Source of the DNA: a virus
Strand: one strand, 5' to 3'
DNA: 64,000 nt
IMG/VR virus record: IMGVR_UViG_3300042308_001616
Location: 58,861 to 122,860 of that record
Shown in pieces: positions 18,501 to 27,181 of this stretch. Numbering within the stretch: the first letter of the stretch is position 1; each line of letters opens with the position of its first letter. A program made the translations under genes and the position numbers. The notes under the pieces were generated by a model that saw nothing but the letters and a program-made list of their open reading frames with translations, did no database searches and was not told the DNA's origin.

Positions 18501-21500
18501 TAAGCATATATTTGGATAACAAGGATTCGAATTCAAGAACGGTTCAATTTCACACAGAAGGAACGGATGATTATTCTTATGTCATAACGTCTGTTGGTGT
18601 TGTGAATGGAACTTCTGGGTCTTCCGGTTCAAGTGGTTCTACAGGAACTTCCGGATCTTCTGGCTCATCCGGAACTTCTGGAACTTCTGGAACGTCTGGT
18701 TCTTCCGGTAGTGCAGGATCATCAGGTACAAGAGGTTCATCCGGGTCATCAGGAACTTCTGGTTCATCGGGAACTTCTGGTTCGTCTGGAACATCTGGAA
18801 CTTCTGGTTCGTCTGGAACATCAGGTTCGTCTGGTAGTTCTGGTTCATCAGGAAGTTCTGGTTCGTCCGGAACATCTGGAACATCTGGATCTTCTGGTTC
18901 GTCTGGAACATCTGGATCTTCTGGTAGTTCTGGTTCATCAGGAACTTCTGGTTCGTCTGGAACTTCTGGTTCGTCTGGAACTTCCGGTACTTCGGGTTCT
19001 TCCGGTACTTCGGGTTCATCTGGAACTTCCGGTACTTCGGGTTCTTCTGGAACTTCTGGAACATCTGGTTCATCAGGTACTTCGGGCTCTTCCGGAACAT
19101 CTGGTTCATCAGGTACTTCGGGCTCTTCCGGAACATCTGGTTCTTCTGGTAGTTCCGGTACGAGAGGATCATCGGGTTCTTCCGGAACATCTGGGTCATC
19201 CGGAACATCTGGGTCATCCGGAACGTCTGGTTCTTCCGGTTCATCTGGAACTTCTGGAACATCCGGTTCTTCCGGTTCGAGTGGGTCGTCCGGGTCTTCC
19301 GGGTCTTCTGGAACATCTGGTTCTTCCGGAACGTCTGGTTCTTCCGGTAGTTCCGGTACGAGAGGATCATCCGGTTCTTCTGGATCATCGGGAACTTCCG
19401 GGGTAAATGGAATCGACTCTGCGAGTTTTGAGTACACTTATAGTACAACGACCACTGCGTCGGATCCTGGATCAGGTTTCTTCAGACTAAACAACCTAAC
19501 TATGGGTAGTGCGACCTCACTTTACATAGACAGATTTGACAGAAATGGTAATAACGACTTACAAAACTTCTTCAGTTCGCTTACAAACTACGGTTCGACA
19601 AATAGACGAGGTTTCATAAAGATAACTAAACAGAACGACCTTACATGGTTTCAGACATATGAATTTAGTGCGACAACCGATAACACAGGATGGTGGACGA
19701 TTACCATAAATAACGTAATACTCGATGCCAACTTTACAAACAACGATTTGTGTTTTATCAGTTTCAATGTTTCAGGACCAACGGGAACAAGTGGGAGTTC
19801 AGGAACATCTGGTTCTTCCGGTTCATCTGGAACTTCCGGTACTTCGGGTTCTTCTGGAACTTCTGGAACATCTGGTTCATCAGGTACTTCGGGCTCTTCC
19901 GGAACATCTGGTTCATCTGGAACTTCCGGTTCTTCCGGAACGTCTGGTTCTTCTGGTAGTTCCGGTACGAGAGGATCATCGGGTTCTTCCGGAACATCTG
20001 GGTCATCAGGAACATCTGGTTCGAGTGGGTCTTCAGGAACATCTGGTTCTTCCGGTTCATCTGGAACTTCTGGTTCGAGTGGGTCTTCAGGAACATCTGG
20101 TTCTTCCGGTTCATCTGGAACTTCTGGGCCATCCGGGTCTTCTGGGTCATCTGGAACATCTGGTTCTTCCGGGTCATCTGGAACATCTGGTTCTTCCGGG
20201 TCATCTGGAACATCTGGTTCTTCCGGGTCATCTGGAACATCTGGTTCTTCCGGGTCTTCTGGGTCATCTGGAACATCTGGTTCTTCCGGGTCTTCTGGGT
20301 CATCTGGAACATCTGGTTCTTCCGGTAGTGCAGGATCATCAGGTACAAGAGGTTCATCCGGGTCATCAGGAACATCTGGTTCTTCCGGGTCTTCAGGAAC
20401 ATCTGGTTCGAGTGGTTCTTCCGGCACTTCTGGATTACTAAGTCTAACAGGTTCAACTGATAATGGTGTTATAACTCTCAATGGTTCCATTCCAAATGCT
20501 ATAGTTGAAAGTAATCTTACATTTGATGGTAGTATACTAAATGTGACTGGTCGTATTATTGCATCCGCATCAACTTCTACGGACCTTTTAAGACTAACAC
20601 AAGTAGGAACAGGAAACGCTTTTGTTGTAGAGGATAGTACGAATCCGGACATTACCCCGTTTGTTATACAGGGTGATGGAAAAGTCGCCATAGGAACTTC
20701 TTCCACCGTTGCAAACTTAGAGGTTAGAGCCAATGGTGCAAACGGTATATTACTGGGTCAAGATCTTGCAGCGAGTGGACAATCGAGTAGACTTTTCTTC
20801 AGCAACGGAACAGACGGACAACACATAGCAATACTCAATTCAAATAACGGAGGATTCGATTTCAGAACTCTATCAACTGCGAATGTTTCCACTGGAACTC
20901 AAAGGATGACAATTGCAGCAGGTGGTGATGTCTACATAGCACAGTCCCTCGGAATAAACCAACCAACACCTACTGCAAAAATACATGTGGTACCTGGTTC
21001 AACACAATCTGGTCTTATAGTTGCAGGTAATAGTGATCAAGATATGGTCAGGATAACACAGATAGGAACAGGTAACGCAATTATTGTTGAAGATAACACG
21101 AATCCAGACTCAACACCTTTCGTCGTTGATGCATCAGGAAACATAGGTGCAGGAACCGCATCACCATCAACAAAATTACACGTATTCTCTACGACGAGTG
21201 GTGCTATAAGAATAGTCGACGGAACACAGCAGAATGGATACGTACTTACATCCGATGCAAACGGGTTGGCAACATGGCAAGTATCATCTGGTGGTGGTTC
21301 ATCACTGAGTGGTACAATCAACTACGTTCCATTCTACAAAACAACCACAACACTATCATCTACGAGTTCGATACAGGTCTCTGGTGATACAGTCGGAATA
21401 GGAGTTTCATTCTCAAACACCGGTGGACCGAGTACAGACTACAGACTGCACGTAAACTATGGATCTGGTACCTACGGTGTTCTAATTGAAGGTGGTGGTG

Positions 21501-22813
21501 GAATTTCCGAAAACATACCACTTAGATTATGGGACAGTGGAACAGGTACAAACAATATAAATATTTTAGAGTTTGGACACGCAACTGCGAGTCCTAAACT
21601 ATATGTTCCGGGTGCACGTATAAAATCTACAAATCCTGGTTCCGGTGCAACAACAGGAGCTCATTTAATATTAGAAACTTCGTCAATATCAAATCCAACA
21701 TCAACAACTTGGAATACCAATCAACTCTATTTGAGAAATGATGGAAATGTAGGTATCGGAACAAATACACCAACTTCATATTTAACAATAAACACACCAG
21801 GTGGTTCATTGTATAGTGGTGGTTCTACAGGGGAACATGCAATATTAATAGGTAGTCAGTCCACTGGTTCTGTTGCTGCATATATAGGAACCGACGAAAC
21901 ACTTTCCGCGATGTACATACAATCTGGTATAAGAGGTGGTGCCGCAACTCCTATACTACTAAACGCACAGGGTGGAAACATCGGAATCGGTGTGACATCA
22001 CCTTCTGCAAAATTACACGCAGTAACTAATGTATCATCAATTCCGTTGATAATAGCATCCGGATCTACAACGGTTGATTTGGTGAGAATAACGCAGGTCG
22101 GTACAGGAAACGCTTTTGTGGTTGAAGATGCTACAAATCCAGATACCACACCATTTGCTATAACCAACACCGGAAAGGTAAAGGTTGGAACGACCGTCGA
22201 TTCAATCTATTCATCCAATATATATTCGATATCAACGACATATGGATTAGAGGCATATGGTGATTTAGCAGGAGTATACGCACGAGGATTAACTTATGGA
22301 ATTGTAGCAGAAGCGGCTACTGATGGAATGGTAGTTGCAGGTATTATGGCATCTGCAACAAACGACCAATTTATGTATGGAGTATACTACGGTGGAATGT
22401 TCTCGGCAAACTCATCAAATGGTGTCAATTACGCGGTAAGGTTACAGGATGGATCACAAGGATTGAACAAAGTTCTGGTGGACACCATAGGTGACGGATC
22501 TGCCAACTGGAAAAGTGATCTGAGTATAACATCAATCATAGCTTCTGCATCAAGTACTTCTGATATAGTAAGAATCACCCAAACCGGAACAGGAAATGCG
22601 TTAGTCGTTGAAGATTCAACAAATCCAGATGCAACACCTTTTGTTATAACATCTACGGGAAATGTTGCAATAGGAACACAATCTACAAATAACACACTAC
22701 ACGTACAGGGTTCTATGGAACTCACCGGAACATTCTCGGGTAGTAATTCTAATTTCGTAGATGCAAACCTTATAACACAAACCGTTCTACTCTATATGTC
22801 GAACAACACTTAG
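15512..22813 (+). CDS. Giant collagen-like repeat fibre protein 2 (2433 aa)
   Basis: Five Gly-Ser-Ser / Gly-Thr-Ser collagen-like tracts (about 53, 160, 315, 240 and 200 aa) separated by globular beta-rich domains. Four copies of the ITQ.GTGNA.VVED.TNPD.TPFV module. Apparent TTG start at 15512; its N-terminal motif is paralogous to fibre 1. Confidence 0.8.
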   Translation: MARNPKYQIRNLSTDGYGRLVQVVNGVYYDGFGNILSIGSVGSSGIIGGSSGTSGLSGNSGSSGSSGTSGLSGNSGSSGTSGSSGYSGTSGSSGTSGVSDKYKTTTVHTMPVPSVDDIILLESLDTGLAYTVGQSIILAESAYDYLEGIVQSYSPITGDMYVIVKYVVGSPDGPDFTINIDGTTGSSGTSGSSGISGSSGSSGTRGSSGSSGSSGISGSSGTSGSSGESGSSGISGSSGISGSSGTSGSSGESGSSGISGSSGTSGSSGESGSSGTSGSSGSSGASGTSGSSGESGSSGTSGSSGSSGASGTSGSSGTSGSSGSSGSSGTSGSSGESGSSGTSGSSGTSGSSGSSGTGFDTISNPSDNRLLTSDGTTNAAVAESNLTFDGSLLTMIGSSNFGTSSGTQNLYGSVISNDSFSIGTQQFFPQGNNGFSVNENFDASNSTSQTAYHFTSGSNTKNIVFTLAKTGEYTTVFGTDGSSTSNKFVIGSETSNTVFQFKSGLGIQPINLDGGSVMFEVATNSLFAPNIPSGTTETDILVRDGSGYITYRSDLSLSGTSGSSGSAGSSGTSGSSGSSGSSGSSGTSGTSGTSGSSGSSGSSGSSGTSGTSGSSGSAGSSGTSGSSGSSGSSGTSGTSGSSGSSGSSGTSGSSGTSGSSGSSGSSGTSGSSGSSGSSGTSGSSGTSGSSGSSGTSGSSGSSGSSGTSGSSGTSGSSGSSGTSGSSGSSGTSGSSGSAGSSGTSGSSGSSGTSGSSGSTGSSGSSGSAGSSGSTGSSGTSGSSGSSGTRGSSGSSGSTGSSGSSGSAGTSGSSGTSGSSGSAGTSGSSGSAGTSGSSGSSGTSGSTGSSGTSGAQGPQGISAGQIYYFNMSMTASVNGYRSLSTTPLPNGGTYSIETLTGNESGHLVETFMTDPLGFSIIPGGTQRFHLHFLKGAVGDDIEAYVSIRLSDSVGVPIGPTLSSNKQYIGWNDSTTNVEVLTDLTLPTTGIDPTNRMLVSIYLDNKDSNSRTVQFHTEGTDDYSYVITSVGVVNGTSGSSGSSGSTGTSGSSGSSGTSGTSGTSGSSGSAGSSGTRGSSGSSGTSGSSGTSGSSGTSGTSGSSGTSGSSGSSGSSGSSGSSGTSGTSGSSGSSGTSGSSGSSGSSGTSGSSGTSGSSGTSGTSGSSGTSGSSGTSGTSGSSGTSGTSGSSGTSGSSGTSGSSGTSGSSGTSGSSGSSGTRGSSGSSGTSGSSGTSGSSGTSGSSGSSGTSGTSGSSGSSGSSGSSGSSGTSGSSGTSGSSGSSGTRGSSGSSGSSGTSGVNGIDSASFEYTYSTTTTASDPGSGFFRLNNLTMGSATSLYIDRFDRNGNNDLQNFFSSLTNYGSTNRRGFIKITKQNDLTWFQTYEFSATTDNTGWWTITINNVILDANFTNNDLCFISFNVSGPTGTSGSSGTSGSSGSSGTSGTSGSSGTSGTSGSSGTSGSSGTSGSSGTSGSSGTSGSSGSSGTRGSSGSSGTSGSSGTSGSSGSSGTSGSSGSSGTSGSSGSSGTSGSSGSSGTSGPSGSSGSSGTSGSSGSSGTSGSSGSSGTSGSSGSSGTSGSSGSSGSSGTSGSSGSSGSSGTSGSSGSAGSSGTRGSSGSSGTSGSSGSSGTSGSSGSSGTSGLLSLTGSTDNGVITLNGSIPNAIVESNLTFDGSILNVTGRIIASASTSTDLLRLTQVGTGNAFVVEDSTNPDITPFVIQGDGKVAIGTSSTVANLEVRANGANGILLGQDLAASGQSSRLFFSNGTDGQHIAILNSNNGGFDFRTLSTANVSTGTQRMTIAAGGDVYIAQSLGINQPTPTAKIHVVPGSTQSGLIVAGNSDQDMVRITQIGTGNAIIVEDNTNPDSTPFVVDASGNIGAGTASPSTKLHVFSTTSGAIRIVDGTQQNGYVLTSDANGLATWQVSSGGGSSLSGTINYVPFYKTTTTLSSTSSIQVSGDTVGIGVSFSNTGGPSTDYRLHVNYGSGTYGVLIEGGGGISENIPLRLWDSGTGTNNINILEFGHATASPKLYVPGARIKSTNPGSGATTGAHLILETSSISNPTSTTWNTNQLYLRNDGNVGIGTNTPTSYLTINTPGGSLYSGGSTGEHAILIGSQSTGSVAAYIGTDETLSAMYIQSGIRGGAATPILLNAQGGNIGIGVTSPSAKLHAVTNVSSIPLIIASGSTTVDLVRITQVGTGNAFVVEDATNPDTTPFAITNTGKVKVGTTVDSIYSSNIYSISTTYGLEAYGDLAGVYARGLTYGIVAEAATDGMVVAGIMASATNDQFMYGVYYGGMFSANSSNGVNYAVRLQDGSQGLNKVLVDTIGDGSANWKSDLSITSIIASASSTSDIVRITQTGTGNALVVEDSTNPDATPFVITSTGNVAIGTQSTNNTLHVQGSMELTGTFSGSNSNFVDANLITQTVLLYMSNNT

Positions 22814-22832
22814 TGAAGGAAGACCATCATCG

Positions 22833-22845
22833 TAATATATAAAAG
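22833..22845 (+). promoter_or_regulatory. Promoter-like motif TAATATATAAAAG upstream of the first 140-aa paralog gene
   Basis: Motif family member 12 nt upstream of the ATG. Confidence 0.4.
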
Positions 22846-22856
22846 AAAAAACGAAG

Positions 22857-23291
22857 ATGGCAAACAACCTAACGTTCACAAGTGCTCCCTTCCTTCAAGG
22901 ATTAACCGCATCATCTGCGAACTCTTCCACAAACACCAGGTACACTATACTGACGGCAGATGCTACCTACGACCGTAGAATATACGGAATATCAATTGTT
23001 AATACATCCGCGGCTTCTGCACAAACAGTAACAATATGGTTAAACGATGGAACCGTTTCGTATCAAGTATTCGTACTAAACGTGCCACTAAGCTCGGGTA
23101 ACTCTACCACGGTTGCGGCAGTGGATATAATGGGCTCTGTCTACGGTGCATCAGTACTTCAAAAACAGAGAGATGCTAACGGAGTACCTTATTTCAACCT
23201 ACCTAAGACCTGGTCTGTACAATACCAGTATAACACCGCACTTTCTACGTCTGCATTGTATCTACTCGTCTTCGGAGAAACTTACGCATAA
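22857..23291 (+). CDS. Paralogous ~140-aa domain protein, copy 1 (putative virion/fibre-associated)
   Basis: Shares motifs LTFTS, DRRIYGISI, NDGT, ANSGN/SSGN and YFNLPK.WS with the next two genes. Confidence 0.55.
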   Translation: MANNLTFTSAPFLQGLTASSANSSTNTRYTILTADATYDRRIYGISIVNTSAASAQTVTIWLNDGTVSYQVFVLNVPLSSGNSTTVAAVDIMGSVYGASVLQKQRDANGVPYFNLPKTWSVQYQYNTALSTSALYLLVFGETYA

Positions 23292-23293
23292 AA

Positions 23294-23725
23294 ATGGCAG
23301 GAGCACTGACTTTTACATCCGGTGCATTTATGCAATGCACGGTTGCCACCTCATCAACAACAGGTGGTACTATATACGACATACTAACCGCAACTTCTTC
23401 TGTGGACAGGAGAGTTTATGGTTTGTCAATAGTTAGTGTCGATAATGGTGCAAACCCCGTGAAAATATATCTAAACAACGGAACAGACAATATACAGGTT
23501 TGTAACGTAAATATCGTGGCAAACTCAGGGAACGCAATAGCAACTGCACTTACTGACGTATTCTCTAATACTATGGGAGAAGCAGTACTGGCTAAAACCA
23601 GGGATGCTAACGGGGTAACCTATTTCAACCTACCAAAAAACTGGTCGATAAGAATGTCTTTTTTGACTACACACGGACTAAGTACCGAGAAGATATACAC
23701 ATTTGTGTTTGGAGAAAACTACTGA
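23294..23725 (+). CDS. Paralogous ~140-aa domain protein, copy 2
   Basis: MAGALTFTS...DRRVYGLSI...NNGT...ANSGN...YFNLPKNWS; 3-nt spacing from copy 1. Confidence 0.55.
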   Translation: MAGALTFTSGAFMQCTVATSSTTGGTIYDILTATSSVDRRVYGLSIVSVDNGANPVKIYLNNGTDNIQVCNVNIVANSGNAIATALTDVFSNTMGEAVLAKTRDANGVTYFNLPKNWSIRMSFLTTHGLSTEKIYTFVFGENY

Positions 23726-23731
23726 TAAGAA

Positions 23732-24592
23732 ATGGCTGACCAACTAACACTAACTAACACACCTCACTTATATTGTATATCACTGACATCATCAAGTTCG
23801 GCGAATACGGCATACACAATAGTACCCGCCGATTCTACCTATGATAGGAGAATATATGGACTAAGTATAACAAATACATCTGCAGTTAACCACCTAGCAT
23901 GTACACTTTGGTTGAGTAATGGTACAACAGACTTTCAGATGGGACTCGTACAGATAAACGCCAACTCAGGAAATAACATCTCAACTGGCGCAACCGACGT
24001 TTTCACAAACTCTGTTTTCTCGGGTCTTTTGACGTATGCAATGGCAGATAATATGGGTGTTTGGTATTTCAATCTACCAAAAACATGGTCATTGAAGTTC
24101 ACATACACCAACACACTATCCGTAGGAAACGCAATGACCTTTACTACATTCGGTGAAAAATATGACGGAGTTACACACCGTTTCACTTCGAAACCATTTC
24201 AACAGACTGCAACATTTTCTAATGCTACTGGAACAACCAGGAAGGATATAGTTAGTAGTGTTGCATACGACAGGAGGATTTACGGAATAGAGGCAACGAG
24301 TACCGACACAACTGCAAGAACACTGAGTATAAACTTAAATAATGGTACTACAAACTATCTAATTTACACAATATCAGTATTGGCAAACTCTGGTAACTCA
24401 ACATCGGTTTCTGCACAGGATTTATTCTATGACGCTTTCATACAAGGTTTATTTGTAAGAACCGCAGACGCAGAGGGTATATCTTACTACTTCAACCTAC
24501 CCGCAGGATGGAGCATAAATGGTTCATTCACGGTGGCAGTAACTGCAGGTTTGCAAATAAACATAAAAACAATCGGCGATACTTATGAGTAG
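23732..24592 (+). CDS. Paralogous domain protein, copies 3 and 4 fused in tandem (286 aa)
   Basis: The motif set occurs twice (DRRIYGLSI...YFNLPKTWS and DRRIYGIEA...YFNLPAGWS). Confidence 0.55.
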   Translation: MADQLTLTNTPHLYCISLTSSSSANTAYTIVPADSTYDRRIYGLSITNTSAVNHLACTLWLSNGTTDFQMGLVQINANSGNNISTGATDVFTNSVFSGLLTYAMADNMGVWYFNLPKTWSLKFTYTNTLSVGNAMTFTTFGEKYDGVTHRFTSKPFQQTATFSNATGTTRKDIVSSVAYDRRIYGIEATSTDTTARTLSINLNNGTTNYLIYTISVLANSGNSTSVSAQDLFYDAFIQGLFVRTADAEGISYYFNLPAGWSINGSFTVAVTAGLQINIKTIGDTYE

Positions 24593-25484
24593 GAATGGTA
24601 TAAACGATGGACTTAAACAGGGTTGGTTACAGGGTGTGAAGTCTGGTTTCGGACATTCGAGAATGGAGAATGGTCTAAAGAAAGGTTTAGTAAGTGAATC
24701 AGGAATACACACCAAAGTTCAGGATCCGACACTTCTACAAGGAAACAAACAACCGTCATCATTCTTTATTGCAGATTTTAACACTACAAAAACTGCAGGT
24801 ACAACGGTTGCAGGACTTACTCAATTGTCACCGGGTAAAACTACTTATGTTATTGGTTCTTCACCTGCTTATCAACCTCCTTATTCAGGAAATGGTGGTG
24901 TATATAATAATAGAGCATACATTGATTTCAACTCCGGTGCCGACTCAGTGTCTACAACTAATACACTAATGGGTTTGGGTAAGAATGAACTCACTGTAAT
25001 GATGGTATTTCGTATATCTAGTGTTACTGACGGAAGAATACTATTTTATAGTGTCGATTCAACAATTTCAAGTACAATTGGTGATATACAGATAACAACA
25101 CAAGGTGGTAACAGAGTTAGAGTATCTTTTATAGGTAACCCAACGACAACCAGTGCAGTATATGACACATACAATCCACTCGTTGAAGGTTTACATCATT
25201 GGCACATACTAACGGTGAAGTTTAGACTTTACCAACCGAATGGTCAGGGTTCAGAAGTTGAGATGTATCTTAATGGAAATCTAAATATGAGACCAGTAAC
25301 TACTACGTTCGGTGCATCAACGGGAAACTTCGTAGGTAACACATTTTATTTCGGTAATAACTCATCAGCAACTTCTGGTGGATCTCAAATTGCCAGTGCG
25401 ATAACTTTTGATTATTGGTTAAACTCATCCGAGCAAATAAGAATGGAAAATTTTTACAAATGGTATTATGGTAGGAGATTTTAG
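24585..25484 (+). CDS. Putative LamG/concanavalin A-like lectin-fold protein (candidate receptor-binding or structural)
   Basis: Beta-rich, G/S/T-rich 299-aa ORF with a jelly-roll-like pattern (YIDFNSG...LTVMMVFR...ILFYS...HHWHIL...EMYLNGNL). Overlaps the preceding paralog by 8 nt. Confidence 0.35.
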   Translation: MSRNGINDGLKQGWLQGVKSGFGHSRMENGLKKGLVSESGIHTKVQDPTLLQGNKQPSSFFIADFNTTKTAGTTVAGLTQLSPGKTTYVIGSSPAYQPPYSGNGGVYNNRAYIDFNSGADSVSTTNTLMGLGKNELTVMMVFRISSVTDGRILFYSVDSTISSTIGDIQITTQGGNRVRVSFIGNPTTTSAVYDTYNPLVEGLHHWHILTVKFRLYQPNGQGSEVEMYLNGNLNMRPVTTTFGASTGNFVGNTFYFGNNSSATSGGSQIASAITFDYWLNSSEQIRMENFYKWYYGRRF

Positions 25485-25674
25485 AAACAAACCAGATTTC
25501 AACCCTGAGACTCATATTTTGACACTAAAACCAGAATATGTTGGTGTTGGTGATATAATCAGAGTATCTGGTCAGATTCAGGTTATGTTCAACTCGGAAA
25601 CTGTGACATCTGAGTATTATCCATATTATTTCTACAACGGATTAGACGATATTTTTGATGTCATATCCATATAA
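25468..25674 (+). CDS. Small hypothetical protein (68 aa)
   Basis: ORF only. Confidence 0.3.
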   Translation: MVGDFRNKPDFNPETHILTLKPEYVGVGDIIRVSGQIQVMFNSETVTSEYYPYYFYNGLDDIFDVISI

Positions 25675-25701
25675 CGGTTTCCGGTTTTTATATATAGTCC
25701 T

Positions 25702-26490
25702 ATGAGACTTAAGAAATACCTAGAGTTTGTACAGGACGATTTTGAGCCAATAAAATCTTTCCATCTGAAAGATGAGCTTTGCCCAGATATATGGGAAGGT
25801 GAAGAATTGGACGATCATGTAAGGAAGACACTAATGAGAATAGGACAGGACTTCTATAAAGAAACCGAGATAAAAGCCGGTCTTGTTGATGTCGTACTTT
25901 GTGGTTCGTTATGTAACTACAACTGGTCGGAAAAATATTCAGACTACGACCTACACATAATAGTTCATCTAAATGAAGTAGATGAAAATCCAGAAATTGC
26001 AGAAAAAATTTGCGACCTGAGTAAGAAAATTTGGAACCTAAAACATGACATAAAGGTTGCAGGATACGAGGTCGAAGTTGCTATACAGGACGAGGAAGAT
26101 TTGAAGTCTAGTATACTTGCAGGAAGAATGGGTGGAGTTTTTTCACTAACACAGGGACAATGGATTAAAAAACCGGAAAGAAAAGAGTTCGTTCCTGATG
26201 AAAAACTAATCAGATCCAAAGCTGAAACTGTGATGGCTATGATAGATGAGTTAGAGGATAGTATTGATAGTGAACCATATGATATATTCATAACTAGGCT
26301 CGATAAGGCATGGAAAAAGATTAAAGAATTAAGACAATCTGGATTAGATAGTGAAGGTGGTGAGTTTTCTATAGGAAACCTAGTATTCAAACTTCTTAGA
26401 AGAAATGGATATAGCGGTAAAGTGATGAGACTCAGAAGAGAGGCGTATGACAGACAGTTTGAGAAAAAAACATACCGATATGAAAATTAG
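25702..26490 (+). CDS. Putative nucleotidyltransferase-fold protein (minimal NTase / pol-beta superfamily)
   Basis: VLCGSLCNYNWSEKYSDYDLHII fits the hG[GS]-x(9-13)-Dh[DE]h NTase signature, with further acidic residues downstream (EVEVAIQDEED). The TTTTTATATATAGTCC motif lies immediately upstream. Confidence 0.4.
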   Translation: MRLKKYLEFVQDDFEPIKSFHLKDELCPDIWEGEELDDHVRKTLMRIGQDFYKETEIKAGLVDVVLCGSLCNYNWSEKYSDYDLHIIVHLNEVDENPEIAEKICDLSKKIWNLKHDIKVAGYEVEVAIQDEEDLKSSILAGRMGGVFSLTQGQWIKKPERKEFVPDEKLIRSKAETVMAMIDELEDSIDSEPYDIFITRLDKAWKKIKELRQSGLDSEGGEFSIGNLVFKLLRRNGYSGKVMRLRREAYDRQFEKKTYRYEN

Positions 26491-27181
26491 TATTTCTGAG
26501 ATAGAGGAGGTATTCAAAGATGTCTTCCAGGAAGAGGAAGGATTGGTTAAATCGATAGAAACTATATACGAGAAACCACAAAAGGAAAATGCAGAATTCC
26601 TGAAACTCGTAATATCAATACATGGACTATCAACGACAGACACCAATATCATACACACTAAATTTCTCTTCAAAACTGACTTAGAAAAAAGAGATATTGT
26701 AGAGAAAGAGTTTATCTACCTTTACGACATAAACTGTGTATATCACAAAGTGCAGTTTGATAATACTATCGACCTAAAAGAGAAGATAGAAGGAATTATA
26801 GAATCCAATAACTTCGGTGAGGACATAATAATACTCTCCGACTTCATTGAGGCACCTGCGATGTTTTTGAACTACTATATGAAAAGAGCGAAAATAGAAG
26901 ACTATTCAATATTTGATGTAGAGTATGAGCCTAAGTTCAAAACAACTCCATGTGATAAGACTACATTCGACTTCAAAATAAACATAAACAATAACTACAA
27001 CATAGATATGTCTATCTACAAAGTAGACAGAGAAAATGATGAAGATGTAGACCACTACAAATTCCAGTTCAGATTTATGGATGATATCGAGACTTACGAA
27101 ACTGAAGACCTCAAAAATATACACTATTTCATAGGATCCAAAATTGCCAAAACATTAGATAAAAAACTTAAGAACAAATGA
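26447..27181 (+). CDS. Hypothetical protein (244 aa)
   Basis: ORF; its start overlaps the upstream gene. Confidence 0.45.
   Translation: MTDSLRKKHTDMKISISEIEEVFKDVFQEEEGLVKSIETIYEKPQKENAEFLKLVISIHGLSTTDTNIIHTKFLFKTDLEKRDIVEKEFIYLYDINCVYHKVQFDNTIDLKEKIEGIIESNNFGEDIIILSDFIEAPAMFLNYYMKRAKIEDYSIFDVEYEPKFKTTPCDKTTFDFKININNNYNIDMSIYKVDRENDEDVDHYKFQFRFMDDIETYETEDLKNIHYFIGSKIAKTLDKKLKNK

Noticed and set aside
12220-20440. Possible CRISPR array suggested by short periodic repeats
   Set aside because: The period is 9 bp (a codon triplet period) inside an intact ORF, with no 25-40 bp direct repeats separated by unique spacers. It is collagen-coding tandem repetition, not CRISPR.
14798-20733. Long antisense ORFs inside the fibre genes encoding Pro/Glu/Asp-rich (PEVPDEPE...) or Q/K/N/R-rich repeat proteins (e.g. 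14798-15457, 15967-16851, 16095-16628, 17157-17804, 18577-19437, 18639-19448, 19651-20733, 19764-20456)
   Set aside because: They are mirror-image artefacts of the GGN-TCN-TCN collagen-coding periodicity on the sense strand. The sense-strand fibre ORFs are far longer, carry conserved non-repeat domains and have promoter-like motifs.
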